DNA of 64,000 nucleotides from Bacteroidota bacterium (GTDB lineage Bacteria; Bacteroidota; Bacteroidia; CAIKAF01), in assembly GCA_016866335.1 (NCBI GenBank), contig VGMT01000004.1:15294-79293 (forward strand), read 5' to 3'. The notes under the pieces were generated by a model that saw nothing but the letters and a program-made list of their open reading frames with translations, was not told the origin of the DNA and did no database searches. The position numbers and the translations under genes are program-made. Shown piece after piece: positions 26,186-35,292 of this stretch. Every line of letters starts with the position of its first letter. Position 1 is the first letter of the stretch.

Positions 26186-27145
26186 ATGTCAAATACAGCA
26201 ACCCGCCTAAAGGTCGTGTTCATGGGGAGTCCTGAATTCGCTTTGCCCTGCCTGCATGTGCTTCAAGAAGAAAGCGATCTGCTTGCGGTGGTGTCAGCAC
26301 CCGATAAGCCCGCTGGCAGGGGGAAGCAAATGAGCAGTTCGCCCGTTGCTACCTATGCCCGCGAACATAAAATACCTTTGCTGCAACCCGAACGGCTAAA
26401 AAATCCGGAGTTCCTACTCCAGCTAAAAAGCCTGCAGGCCGATTTGTTTGTGGTGGTGGCCTTTCGAATGCTGCCCGAAGCGGTTTGGAATATGCCGCCC
26501 ATGGGCACCTTAAACGTTCACGCTTCGTTGCTGCCTCAGCTTCGAGGAGCTGCTCCTATTCAATGGGCCATTGCACATGGCCTTAAGGAAACAGGCCTTA
26601 CCACCTTTCGGCTAAAACATGAAATCGATACCGGCGACATTCTTGAACAGCTTCCTTTGCCTGTAGCCGTCGATGAAACCGGGGGCAGTTTGTATGAAAA
26701 ATTGATGCAGGCAGCCCCGGGCCTCTTGCTCAACACCTTGAATGGGCTTGCGGCGAACACCCTTGTGCCTAGGCCCCAAGAATGGACGGGGGATGAAACC
26801 CTGTTGCCTGCCCCCAAAATTCAACGCCAACATGCTTTTTTGCATCCAGAAATGCCCGTTCAGCAAGCCGAGCGCTGGATTCGGGCCTTTGATCCCATAC
26901 CGGGCGCTGCCTTGGCCCTCGTATTGGAATCGGGCGAACGGATTGAAATCAAAGTGAAGCAGGCTCGGTTACCCAAAGATACAGGGCAATCAGGCCTAAA
27001 AGTGGCATTTGTTGACGGCGAATTGGAAATTCTGCGCTTGCAGCCCGCCGGAAAAGGCATTATGGATGCCGCGGCCTTTTTGCGTGGTCTTAGGCATCCA
27101 GTTCGGGGTTGGCAACCCTTGGCCGGCCCCCACGCCCAGCCCTGA
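26186..27145 (+). CDS. fmt: Methionyl-tRNA formyltransferase
   Basis: MSNTATRLKVVFMGSPEFALPCL..PDKPAGRGKQ..LNVHASLLPQLRGAAPIQWAI..TGLTTF. The 432-aa ORF-track version starts inside repeat A2 and is an artefact. Confidence 0.93.
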   Translation: MSNTATRLKVVFMGSPEFALPCLHVLQEESDLLAVVSAPDKPAGRGKQMSSSPVATYAREHKIPLLQPERLKNPEFLLQLKSLQADLFVVVAFRMLPEAVWNMPPMGTLNVHASLLPQLRGAAPIQWAIAHGLKETGLTTFRLKHEIDTGDILEQLPLPVAVDETGGSLYEKLMQAAPGLLLNTLNGLAANTLVPRPQEWTGDETLLPAPKIQRQHAFLHPEMPVQQAERWIRAFDPIPGAALALVLESGERIEIKVKQARLPKDTGQSGLKVAFVDGELEILRLQPAGKGIMDAAAFLRGLRHPVRGWQPLAGPHAQP

Positions 27146-27174
27146 AAGGGCGAAATACCCCAGCGAGGGGTGTA

Positions 27175-27214
27175 GCCCCTCGCCCCGCCGCAACGCCCCT
27201 CGCCCCGTCACAAC
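27175..27214 (+). repeat. Tandem 2 x 20-nt GC-rich direct repeat just downstream of fmt
   Basis: GCCCCTCGCCCCGCCGCAAC followed by GCCCCTCGCCCCGTCACAAC. Overlaps hairpin GCGAGGGG-tgtag-CCCCTCGC (27163-27183). Confidence 0.85.
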
Positions 27215-27322
27215 GACACGCCCCGACATACCCCTCGTCCCTCGATACCTAATATTCCAACGAGGAATGCCGCACCCCGCCCCATGCAGGCATATTTAAA
27301 CGGTTGTTTTTTACGAAAGGCC

Positions 27323-27467
27323 CCGCGGCAGGGATTGATGAGGCTACCCCGCAAGGGTGCCGAGGACTGGCCCGCTAGGTGCGGAGGCGACCTTAGGAGC
27401 CCCCGCAAACCAGCTGGGCCAGCCTTTCGGCAACCGCGGAGTAGCCCAGAAAGCCCGGCTGCCGCCC
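27323..27467 (-). repeat. GC-rich structured intergenic repeat, family A, copy A3 (inverted orientation)
   Basis: The reverse complement aligns with A2 almost base for base. Confidence 0.95.
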
Positions 27468-27614
27468 TAAATGGTATTCTAAACCACCTTTCCCAAACCC
27501 CTTTATGTAGCTCAAATCCATGCTCTGTAGGGGCTAAGAGCCTGTTTTATGCCCACAGTTATTAACAAAACCCCCATTTTATTAACAAAATGCTTGATTT
27601 TACAAGGGGTTTAC

Positions 27615-27644
27615 TTGCATAAGTCATGCATGCACATAAATTTG
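27615..27644 (+). promoter_or_regulatory. Bacteroidota-type promoter of the HU gene
   Basis: TTG (27615-27617), exactly 19 nt, then TAAATTTG (27637-27644), matching TTG-N19-TAnnTTTG. The ATG lies 41 nt downstream. Confidence 0.7.
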
Positions 27645-27685
27645 CTTAAACAAATCTCATTATTAACTCTTTAAATCGTTTCAAA

Positions 27686-27958
27686 ATGAACAAAGCAGAA
27701 TTGATTGAGGCCATGGCAAATGGCTCAGGATTGTCAAAAGCTGAAAGCAAAAAAGCATTGGATGCATTCATCGACGCTACTTCTGGAGCTCTTCGCGGCG
27801 GCGACCGTGTGGCTTTGGTAGGTTTCGGTTCTTGGAGCATCTCTGAGCGTGCAGCCCGTACCGGCTTGAACCCCAAAACCAAGCAGAAAATTAAAATTGC
27901 TGCTAAAAAAGTGGTTAAATTCAAAGCAGGCGCTGAATTGTCTGGCTCTTTGAAATAA
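27686..27958 (+). CDS. hup: HU-family DNA-binding protein
   Basis: MNKAELIEAMA..LSKAESKKALDAFIDATSGAL..GDRVALVGFGSWSISERAARTGLNPKTKQKIKIAAKKVVKFKAG. Confidence 0.95.
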   Translation: MNKAELIEAMANGSGLSKAESKKALDAFIDATSGALRGGDRVALVGFGSWSISERAARTGLNPKTKQKIKIAAKKVVKFKAGAELSGSLK

Positions 27959-27977
27959 TCGAAAAACACTTTTTTTT

Positions 27978-28009
27978 GAAAAGCCGGCGAAAGCCGGCTT
28001 TTCGTTTTT
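27978..28009 (+). terminator. Rho-independent terminator of hup
   Basis: GAAAAGCCGGC-gaaa-GCCGGCTTTTC followed by GTTTTT. Confidence 0.9.
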
Positions 28010-28087
28010 ACAGGCCTTGTGAACCTTGGCTAAGTCTTCTTTTTCATTCATCCCCGCGCTCTGAAATTTGCTTTTAAACTCTTTTTG

Positions 28088-28120
28088 AACAGCACCCGAC
28101 CTTGGTGTGCTGTTGTTTTA
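28088..28120 (+). terminator. Second terminator-like hairpin ~100 nt downstream of the hup terminator
   Basis: AACAGCAC-ccgaccttggt-GTGCTGTT followed by GTTTTA. No ORF lies between the two hairpins. Confidence 0.4.
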
Positions 28121-28330
28121 ATGGCTTTTTCAAATTTATTTCGATGGGCTAAGCAAATACTTTGGTATCAAATGCAGCAAAGGGGCTTGGGGGGCTGTCT
28201 AAAATGAGCCGAACACAAATGCATGGACATGGTCAAAAGCCTAGGCCTGTCGTTTGGTAATAGGCAAAAATTCTTGGCAAAGCCAATGGGTTTTTGTATT
28301 TTTACACATTAATTGGTTAATAGCCTGATT

Positions 28331-31321
28331 ATGAATGCAATTTCTACCACTGTTCGTTTTACAATTGTTCTGTTTTTGACCTTTTCTGGGTTGGTTCAGG
28401 CTCAACAAATGTGTTTTACCAACCCTTCGATGGAGGGAGTAAGTCAGGCCCACGTTGTTCCCGCACCTTGGCAAGCCTGCTACGGATCGCCCGATACCCA
28501 GCCCGGCCAATGGGGAATTGCCTTGCCTCCTTCCAACGGAAATACCTATGTTAGCTTTTTGCACGCCGGAAACAGCCCGACGGGTTACAAAGAAGGCATG
28601 ACTCAGCTCTTAACCCCCTGTATGGTTGCAGGAAACACCTATACCATTTCGGCAGATTTGGCCTATTCTCCCATTTACAACACAGCGGGCCCCGGCAACT
28701 GTCCCTCTTCGTTTGCCATTTATGGTGGCGGTTCCGCTTGCGCTATTGCAGAAACATTGTACACCTCAGGCCCAATTACCCACGCCAACTGGCAGACGTA
28801 CAACATTACCTTCACTCCTACAGGCAACCATTGCTGGATTGCGTTTGCTCCGTATTACACCGGAGCCTGTTCGGGATACATTAATATTTTGGTTGACAAC
28901 TTCAGTTGCATTCAAAACGCTTTGGTAAGCACCACCTCAACCAACGTAAGCTGTCCCGGTGCCTGCGATGGAACGGTAACGGCTACCACCAACCAAGGAA
29001 CGCCTCCGTTTACGTTTTCATGGGCCCCCGGCGGGGCCAACACGGCTACGGTAAGCAACCTGTGCGCTGGAAGCTACACAGTTACGGTTACCGATGCCAA
29101 TGGGCAAACGGCCCAATCTACCACCGTAGTTGGTACGCCCCCAGCCATTAATTCTTCAACCCAAGTTACCCACATCAATTGCTTTGGGGCTAACAACGGA
29201 ACCGCCTCGGTAAGTACCTCGGGCGGGGCAGGTGGATTTACCTATTCTTGGGCGCCTTCAGGGGGAACCACCGCCTCGGTTTCGAACCTGGGGCCAGGCA
29301 CCCACGTGGTAACCATTACCGACGCCAACGGTTGTACTAAATTGGATAGCGTGGTGGTGAACCAACCGGCCGACTTGATTGCTGCCATCAATACCACGGT
29401 TCCATTGTGTCCTGGTGTGCCTGCGGCAACCTTGACCGCCAGCGCAACGGGAGGCACCCCCAACTATTCCTATCTGTGGGGCAATGGTCAGTCTGGAGCA
29501 ACCTTGTCAAATCTAGGCACAGGAACGTATTCCGTTACTGTAACCGATGCCAACGGATGTACCGACCAAACGTCCATTACCCTAACCACCCCCGTGGCTA
29601 TTGTTATTAATTCGCCTCAATCCACCAACGTTACCTGCTTCGGCGCTGCCAATGGTACAGCTCAATTTAACGTGAGTGGGGGCAGTGGCAACCTAAGCTA
29701 TGCTTGGACTCCCGCAGGCGGCAACAACCCTTTGGGAACAGGCATGGGTCCGGGAACCTTTACCTTAACCGTAACCGACCAAAACGGTTGTACCGCGACC
29801 GGTCAGGTAAACATTACCCAGCCTGCTGATTTGGTTTTGTCCCTAAACTCTTTAACCCACATCAGTTGCTTTGGGGCCAACAATGGCCAAGCTCAATCTT
29901 CGGCGGTAGGTGGAACACCGCCATACCAGTATGCGTGGAGCAACATGCAAACGGGAACCAATGCAACGGGCCTAACCCCAGGACTTCAGGCCGCCATTGT
30001 TATGGATTCTAAGGGTTGCATTGATACCGTTCCATTTATGGTGAACGAGCCTCCCGTTTTGACTGTCAATACAAGTTTGGCCCAAGATTCTTTGTGCGAA
30101 GGCGATGATTTTCAATTGTCGGTAACTGCAAGCGGAGGAACCCCCGTTTATTCTTACCTATGGAACAATGGGCAGCAAATTCCCAATGCATCGGTTTTGG
30201 CAAACGAGGGCATAAACAACATTAGTGTTACCGTTACCGACGCCAATGGCTGTTCCGTTACCTCTTTGGTGAACGCCATTGCCGGTAGCATTCCTACAGC
30301 CAGTTTTACGTACACGCCCGAGTGCTTAGGCAATGCCATTCAATTGAATTACAATGCCAGCAACACAACGGGTAACATTGTTCAATACGGGTATAATTTG
30401 GGCGACGGAAGTCCGATTACCACCGTTTTCAACCCCACGCATACCTACAATGCCATTGGCCCATGGCCTGCAAGCATGGTGGTAGTAACCGATTTTGGTT
30501 GTGTTGATACCTTTCAGCAAAACATTTTGTTGTACGATATTCCGGTGGCCAACTTCTCGGTGTCGCCCCAACAAGGCTGCGCTCCATTGTGCCCTCAGTT
30601 TACCGATATGTCAACGGTTCAAAATGCCAGCATTCAAGTCTGGGCTTGGTCTTCAAACGGCAATGTTTTTGCCAATACCGGAAATCCTTTTTACTGCTTC
30701 CAAAATCCAGGCACCTTTAATGTTGACTTAACGGTAACCTCGTCTGATGGTTGCGTTTCTGCTACTTCGGCGGCACAACAAATTGTAGTTTGGCCAACGC
30801 CTACGGCCGACTTTAGCATTGATCCGCCGGTAACCACCATGTCCAATCCGAATGTAAATTACATCAACCAAAGTCTAGGAGCCAATTCCTACCTATGGAC
30901 CTTCCCCAATGGATTGACTCAAACCGCAGAACACACCACCTTCTCTTACCTAGATACGGGCTATTATTGCGTAACCTTGCTGGCCTCGACCGACCGTGGT
31001 TGTGTTGATACTACTACCAAATGTTCAACCGTCCGCCTTGATGTGAATATTTACATTCCAAATACATTCTCCCCGAACGAAGATACCATGAACGAGTTTT
31101 TTAGGGTTTATGGACATGGAATTAAAACCGGTCAACTGCTCATCTTTAACCGCTGGGGCACTTTAATCTACTCAACTCCAGATATTTTCAAGGGCTGGAA
31201 TGGAAAAGAGGAAGGCAGAAGCGAGATTGTTCCACAGGGAGTGTATGTGTACAAGGTTGACATCATTGACTTGTACAGCAACGACCACTCTTTTGTTGGT
31301 AAGGTTCAGGTAATACGATAA
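28331..31321 (+). CDS. T9SS type-B (gliding-motility-associated C-terminal domain, CHU_C) cell-surface protein with SprB repeats and PKD domains
   Basis: Signal MNAISTTVRFTIVLFLTFSGLVQAQ. ~170-aa Cys-containing N-terminal domain shared with the next gene. Roughly 28.9-30.3 kb holds repeated ~75-aa units of the form ..V(S/T)CxGxxxGxA..xxGGTPPYxYxW..G..V(T/I)VTDANGC (SprB repeat). Then PKD-like units. C-terminus YIPNTFSPNEDTMNEFFRVYG..NRWGTLIY..WNG..QGVYVYKV. Confidence 0.9.
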   Translation: MNAISTTVRFTIVLFLTFSGLVQAQQMCFTNPSMEGVSQAHVVPAPWQACYGSPDTQPGQWGIALPPSNGNTYVSFLHAGNSPTGYKEGMTQLLTPCMVAGNTYTISADLAYSPIYNTAGPGNCPSSFAIYGGGSACAIAETLYTSGPITHANWQTYNITFTPTGNHCWIAFAPYYTGACSGYINILVDNFSCIQNALVSTTSTNVSCPGACDGTVTATTNQGTPPFTFSWAPGGANTATVSNLCAGSYTVTVTDANGQTAQSTTVVGTPPAINSSTQVTHINCFGANNGTASVSTSGGAGGFTYSWAPSGGTTASVSNLGPGTHVVTITDANGCTKLDSVVVNQPADLIAAINTTVPLCPGVPAATLTASATGGTPNYSYLWGNGQSGATLSNLGTGTYSVTVTDANGCTDQTSITLTTPVAIVINSPQSTNVTCFGAANGTAQFNVSGGSGNLSYAWTPAGGNNPLGTGMGPGTFTLTVTDQNGCTATGQVNITQPADLVLSLNSLTHISCFGANNGQAQSSAVGGTPPYQYAWSNMQTGTNATGLTPGLQAAIVMDSKGCIDTVPFMVNEPPVLTVNTSLAQDSLCEGDDFQLSVTASGGTPVYSYLWNNGQQIPNASVLANEGINNISVTVTDANGCSVTSLVNAIAGSIPTASFTYTPECLGNAIQLNYNASNTTGNIVQYGYNLGDGSPITTVFNPTHTYNAIGPWPASMVVVTDFGCVDTFQQNILLYDIPVANFSVSPQQGCAPLCPQFTDMSTVQNASIQVWAWSSNGNVFANTGNPFYCFQNPGTFNVDLTVTSSDGCVSATSAAQQIVVWPTPTADFSIDPPVTTMSNPNVNYINQSLGANSYLWTFPNGLTQTAEHTTFSYLDTGYYCVTLLASTDRGCVDTTTKCSTVRLDVNIYIPNTFSPNEDTMNEFFRVYGHGIKTGQLLIFNRWGTLIYSTPDIFKGWNGKEEGRSEIVPQGVYVYKVDIIDLYSNDHSFVGKVQVIR

Positions 31322-31335
31322 ATTTCCTCATAAAA

Positions 31336-34300
31336 ATGGCAAAGCGGAGTTCGCTGTTTTTTTTCCTCTTGGCCATTTCCCTATTTGGGATAGTCTTTCA
31401 GGCTAAGGCACAAACCAGCTGCTACACAAATCCTTCGATGGAGGGGCCTGCAGTGCCTCACCAGGTTCCCTCTCCTTGGCTGGCATGCTATGGTTCGCCC
31501 GACACCCAACCAGGAAACTGGGGCTTTACTCAGCCCGCCTCAAACGGTAATACCTATGTGAGTTTTCTACACTCCGGTCAAAGCCCTAATGGGTATAAGG
31601 AAGGAATGACTCAATTGTTGAATCCCTGCCTTCAGGGCGGTACAACCTACACCATAACGGTTGATTTGGCCTATTCCCCCATTTACAATACAGCAGGTCC
31701 GGGCAATTGCCCAAGTAGTTTTGCAATGTATGGAGGAAACTCTGCCTGCGCAATTTCTGAAACCCTGTTGGTGTCAGGCCCTATTACCCATCCCAACTGG
31801 GTAACGTACACCTTTACGTTTACCCCAACGCAGAATTTCTGTTACATTTCGTTTGCGCCCTACTTTACTGGAGCTTGTACAGGGTACATCAACATTATGA
31901 TTGATAACTTTACCTGTATTCAGCCTGCTTTAGTAAATGCCACTTCAACCCCTGAATCCTGCCCCGGGGCTTGCAATGGAACGGCCACGGCCAATGTTAC
32001 CCAAGGTGTTCCCCCTTACACGTATTCCTGGTCTCCGGGCGGTCAAACTACTCCCACCATTTCAAATCTTTGCCAAGGCTCGTACACCGTAACGGTAACC
32101 GACAACGTAGGTCAGCAAGCCAGCAGCACAACCACGGTTGGTGGTCCTCAAGCTTTCAGTACCACTGTTACCGGAGCCAATGTGTCGTGTTTTGGCCAAA
32201 ACAACGGTACGGCCAACATCGTTACCTTGGGCGGCACATCCCCTTACACCTATTCATGGGCTCCCTCGGGCTTAAACGTGTTTAACCCCGCTGGCCTAAG
32301 CGCTGGAACCCATGTGGTTACGGTAACCGATGCGGCTGGCTGCACCACGACCGATTCCATTTCGTTGACCGAGCCCCCAGTTTTGATTGGAACCATCGCC
32401 TCCTCAACTCCTGCCTTGTGCTTTGGTTCAAATTCTGGAACCATTACAGGTACAGGGTCGGGCGGAACACCTCCATATACCTATACGTGGACTCCAGGAG
32501 GAAACGGTCAAACCCTGTTTAATGCCGTTGCCAATCAGCTTTACACGCTAAACGTTGTTGATGCCATGGGCTGCTTGGCCCAAGCAACCCACCAAATTAC
32601 CCAACCCACGCAGTTGGTTGGGGGAATCATCAACCCCATTCAACCAAGTTGCTTTGGAAACAACAACGGCTCCCTTACCTCAAACGTATCGGGCGGAACG
32701 CCCCCTTATTCCTATTTTTGGAATCCAACAGGCCAAACTACAGCCCAAGCAACAAACCTTAGTGCGGGCAATCACAGCCTGATGATTATCGATGCCAATG
32801 GCTGCATGGTGAATGTCAGTTTCCCACTTAGTCAGCCATCCGTCCTTTCGGTCGGTATCCCTAGTTTTACGAATCTAACCTGCTTTAATTCTGCCAATGG
32901 CACCGCTAGTGCTATGGTCGGTGGCGGCACTCCGCCATACTCCTATTTATGGTCGCCAAGCGGGTCCACCGTTTCAAATCCAAGCAATTTGTCGGCAGGA
33001 ACCCATACCTTGACCGTAACCGATTCGCGCGGGTGCACCGCAACAGCAAGCCGAACGCTTACCCAACCTCCAGCCATTGTTCCTATTCTTCAACAAATGA
33101 CGCCCACCTCTTGCTTCGGAGGAAACAACGGTAGCCTTTCCGTTCAAGTTAGCGGTGGCGTGCCCGGGTATTCCTACAGCTGGTCTCCCAATATTGGAAA
33201 TGGCCTTAACCCTACCGGCCTTTCGGCAGGGAGCTATCAGCTTACCATAACCGATCAAAACAACTGCAGCCAATCGGCCTCTTATTCTGTTACTCAACCC
33301 AATCTGCTTCAGGCAAACGCCCAAATGATTTCAGGGCCACTCTGCCATGGCGATACCAACGCTGTTTTGCAGGCTTCGGCCCAAGGAGGTGTGGCACCTT
33401 ATGCTTACCTTTGGAACAACGGCCAAACAGGGCCCAATTTTGGTTCAGCAGGTTTAGGAACCTACTCTGTTGTTGCTACCGATGCCAATGGATGTACCGC
33501 TTCCGATACAGTCATAGTAGCGAATCCAGCCCTGCTTGACATTCAGTTTGCAACCGCTCAAATGCCTTCTTGCTTTGGTTTTTCAAACGGCAACGCTTCC
33601 TTTATCGGCAGCGGTGGAACAGGCGCTTTGTCGTACCAATGGATTCCTAACGGCGGAAACCAAGCCTCAGCAAACAACCTGCCTGCCGGCAATTACCAAT
33701 GCATTGTTACCGACGCCAATGGATGCAGCGATACCGGCTCGGTTGCCCTTACTCAACCCACAGCTCTTTCTATCGCTGCCCCAAGTTTGCAGCAGGTTAC
33801 CTGTTATGGTTTAAGCAACGGACAAGCTTCGGTTTCCGTTTCGGGTGCCACTCCGCCCTATTCTTACCTCTGGAATACTGGAAGCACAACAAATTCTACT
33901 TCAAACCTGGTTGCAGGAAACTATTCCGTGGTGGTTACCGATGCCCAAGGTTGCGTGGATTCAATTTCAGCCCAAATTACCCAGCCCCCCGTTTTGCAAA
34001 CTCAATTTGCAGCTTTCGACGATTCTCTATGTGTGGGGCAAACGTTTTCGCTCAGTGCCCAAGTTAGTGGAGGTACTCCCAACTACACGTATGCTTGGTC
34101 CAACGGCGCCAATGGCTCAACCGGAAGCGCTACCGCTGTTCAAGGCCAAAATTCCTTGTCGGTTACGGTTACCGATGCCCAGGGTTGCCAAAGCACCATC
34201 GGTGGCTCTGCCCTCGCTGGGTCTATCCCCCAAGCTCAATTTACGGTATCTCCTGTTTGCTTAGGTCAGCCGGTGAACATCGCTAATTCTCCCAGCAACG

Positions 34301-35256
34301 CTTACGGTGCACTGGTTCAGACTACCCTGTCTTTGGGCAATGGCACCACAACCAATGGCAGCGGTAACGTTCAGTATATCTATCCTTCTATTGGCCCTTG
34401 GACCTTAACTCAAATTGTTCGAACCGAATTTGGCTGTGCCGATACCGCCACCCAAACCCTCACGCTGTTTGACATGCCTCAGGTGGCATTCAGTCCAATG
34501 CAAGCCGAAGGTTGCAGCCCCGTTTGCTTAACCTTCACCGACCAATCTACCGTTCAAAATGCCAGCATCGCTACCTACGATTGGCAAGACAATGGACAAT
34601 CTTTCGCCTCAACAGCGCAACCCTATGCCTGTTTCTCAGGTTCGGGAACCCACCAAATTCATTTGACAGTAACCAGCAGCGATGGTTGTACAGCCTCATC
34701 GGCCGTCCCAGCCTTGATTCAGGTTTACCCAAATCCAACGGCAGCCTTTGGAATTACACCCCAGCAGGTTTCCAATGCGAATCCCCTGGTTACCATTACA
34801 AACAGCAGCCAGCTCGGAACCCAGTACATGTATTTTCTGCCCGACGGAACCATTCAAACCGAACCCAGCTTTAGCTATTCAAATTCCGATACCGGAACCC
34901 ACTGCATCCAATTGATCCTTTCAACCGATTACGGCTGCGTCGATTCTGCTACCGCCTGCTATCGGGTAGCGCCCGAGTACAGCTTGTACATTCCGAACGC
35001 CTTTACCCCCAATGGCGATGGGCTAAACGATATGTTCCAAATTAAAGGCGTCGGTATCTCCGATTTTGAAATGTCGGTGTTCGACCGCTGGGGAATTCTG
35101 TTGTTCCAGTCAACCGATCCCTTGAAAGGTTGGACAGGACACCACCTTGAAACCTACCAGCCCGTCATGCAAGGTGTGTATGTTTTTAAAGTGGATGTCA
35201 AAGACATTTGGAACAAATACCACAGTGTGGTAGGCCGAGTTCACCTGATTCGCTAA
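31336..35256 (+). CDS. T9SS type-B (CHU_C) cell-surface protein with SprB repeats and PKD domains, tandem paralog of the previous gene
   Basis: Same architecture, with more SprB repeats (~31.9-34.2 kb). C-terminus YIPNAFTPNGDGLNDMFQIKG..FDRWGILLF..WTG..QGVYVFKVDV. The N-terminal domain is much more similar to gene 1 than the repeat region is. Confidence 0.9.
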   Translation: MAKRSSLFFFLLAISLFGIVFQAKAQTSCYTNPSMEGPAVPHQVPSPWLACYGSPDTQPGNWGFTQPASNGNTYVSFLHSGQSPNGYKEGMTQLLNPCLQGGTTYTITVDLAYSPIYNTAGPGNCPSSFAMYGGNSACAISETLLVSGPITHPNWVTYTFTFTPTQNFCYISFAPYFTGACTGYINIMIDNFTCIQPALVNATSTPESCPGACNGTATANVTQGVPPYTYSWSPGGQTTPTISNLCQGSYTVTVTDNVGQQASSTTTVGGPQAFSTTVTGANVSCFGQNNGTANIVTLGGTSPYTYSWAPSGLNVFNPAGLSAGTHVVTVTDAAGCTTTDSISLTEPPVLIGTIASSTPALCFGSNSGTITGTGSGGTPPYTYTWTPGGNGQTLFNAVANQLYTLNVVDAMGCLAQATHQITQPTQLVGGIINPIQPSCFGNNNGSLTSNVSGGTPPYSYFWNPTGQTTAQATNLSAGNHSLMIIDANGCMVNVSFPLSQPSVLSVGIPSFTNLTCFNSANGTASAMVGGGTPPYSYLWSPSGSTVSNPSNLSAGTHTLTVTDSRGCTATASRTLTQPPAIVPILQQMTPTSCFGGNNGSLSVQVSGGVPGYSYSWSPNIGNGLNPTGLSAGSYQLTITDQNNCSQSASYSVTQPNLLQANAQMISGPLCHGDTNAVLQASAQGGVAPYAYLWNNGQTGPNFGSAGLGTYSVVATDANGCTASDTVIVANPALLDIQFATAQMPSCFGFSNGNASFIGSGGTGALSYQWIPNGGNQASANNLPAGNYQCIVTDANGCSDTGSVALTQPTALSIAAPSLQQVTCYGLSNGQASVSVSGATPPYSYLWNTGSTTNSTSNLVAGNYSVVVTDAQGCVDSISAQITQPPVLQTQFAAFDDSLCVGQTFSLSAQVSGGTPNYTYAWSNGANGSTGSATAVQGQNSLSVTVTDAQGCQSTIGGSALAGSIPQAQFTVSPVCLGQPVNIANSPSNAYGALVQTTLSLGNGTTTNGSGNVQYIYPSIGPWTLTQIVRTEFGCADTATQTLTLFDMPQVAFSPMQAEGCSPVCLTFTDQSTVQNASIATYDWQDNGQSFASTAQPYACFSGSGTHQIHLTVTSSDGCTASSAVPALIQVYPNPTAAFGITPQQVSNANPLVTITNSSQLGTQYMYFLPDGTIQTEPSFSYSNSDTGTHCIQLILSTDYGCVDSATACYRVAPEYSLYIPNAFTPNGDGLNDMFQIKGVGISDFEMSVFDRWGILLFQSTDPLKGWTGHHLETYQPVMQGVYVFKVDVKDIWNKYHSVVGRVHLIR

Positions 35257-35292
35257 ACTTCCCTACTTTTACGCCCGATTAGGTAATCATCC

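Noticed and set aside
28900-34250. Periodic repeats inside the two adhesin genes, considered as possible tandem DNA repeats or a mobile element.
   Set aside because: The periodicity is at the protein-domain level (SprB repeats of ~75 aa). Nucleotide identity between units is low and the reading frame is continuous.
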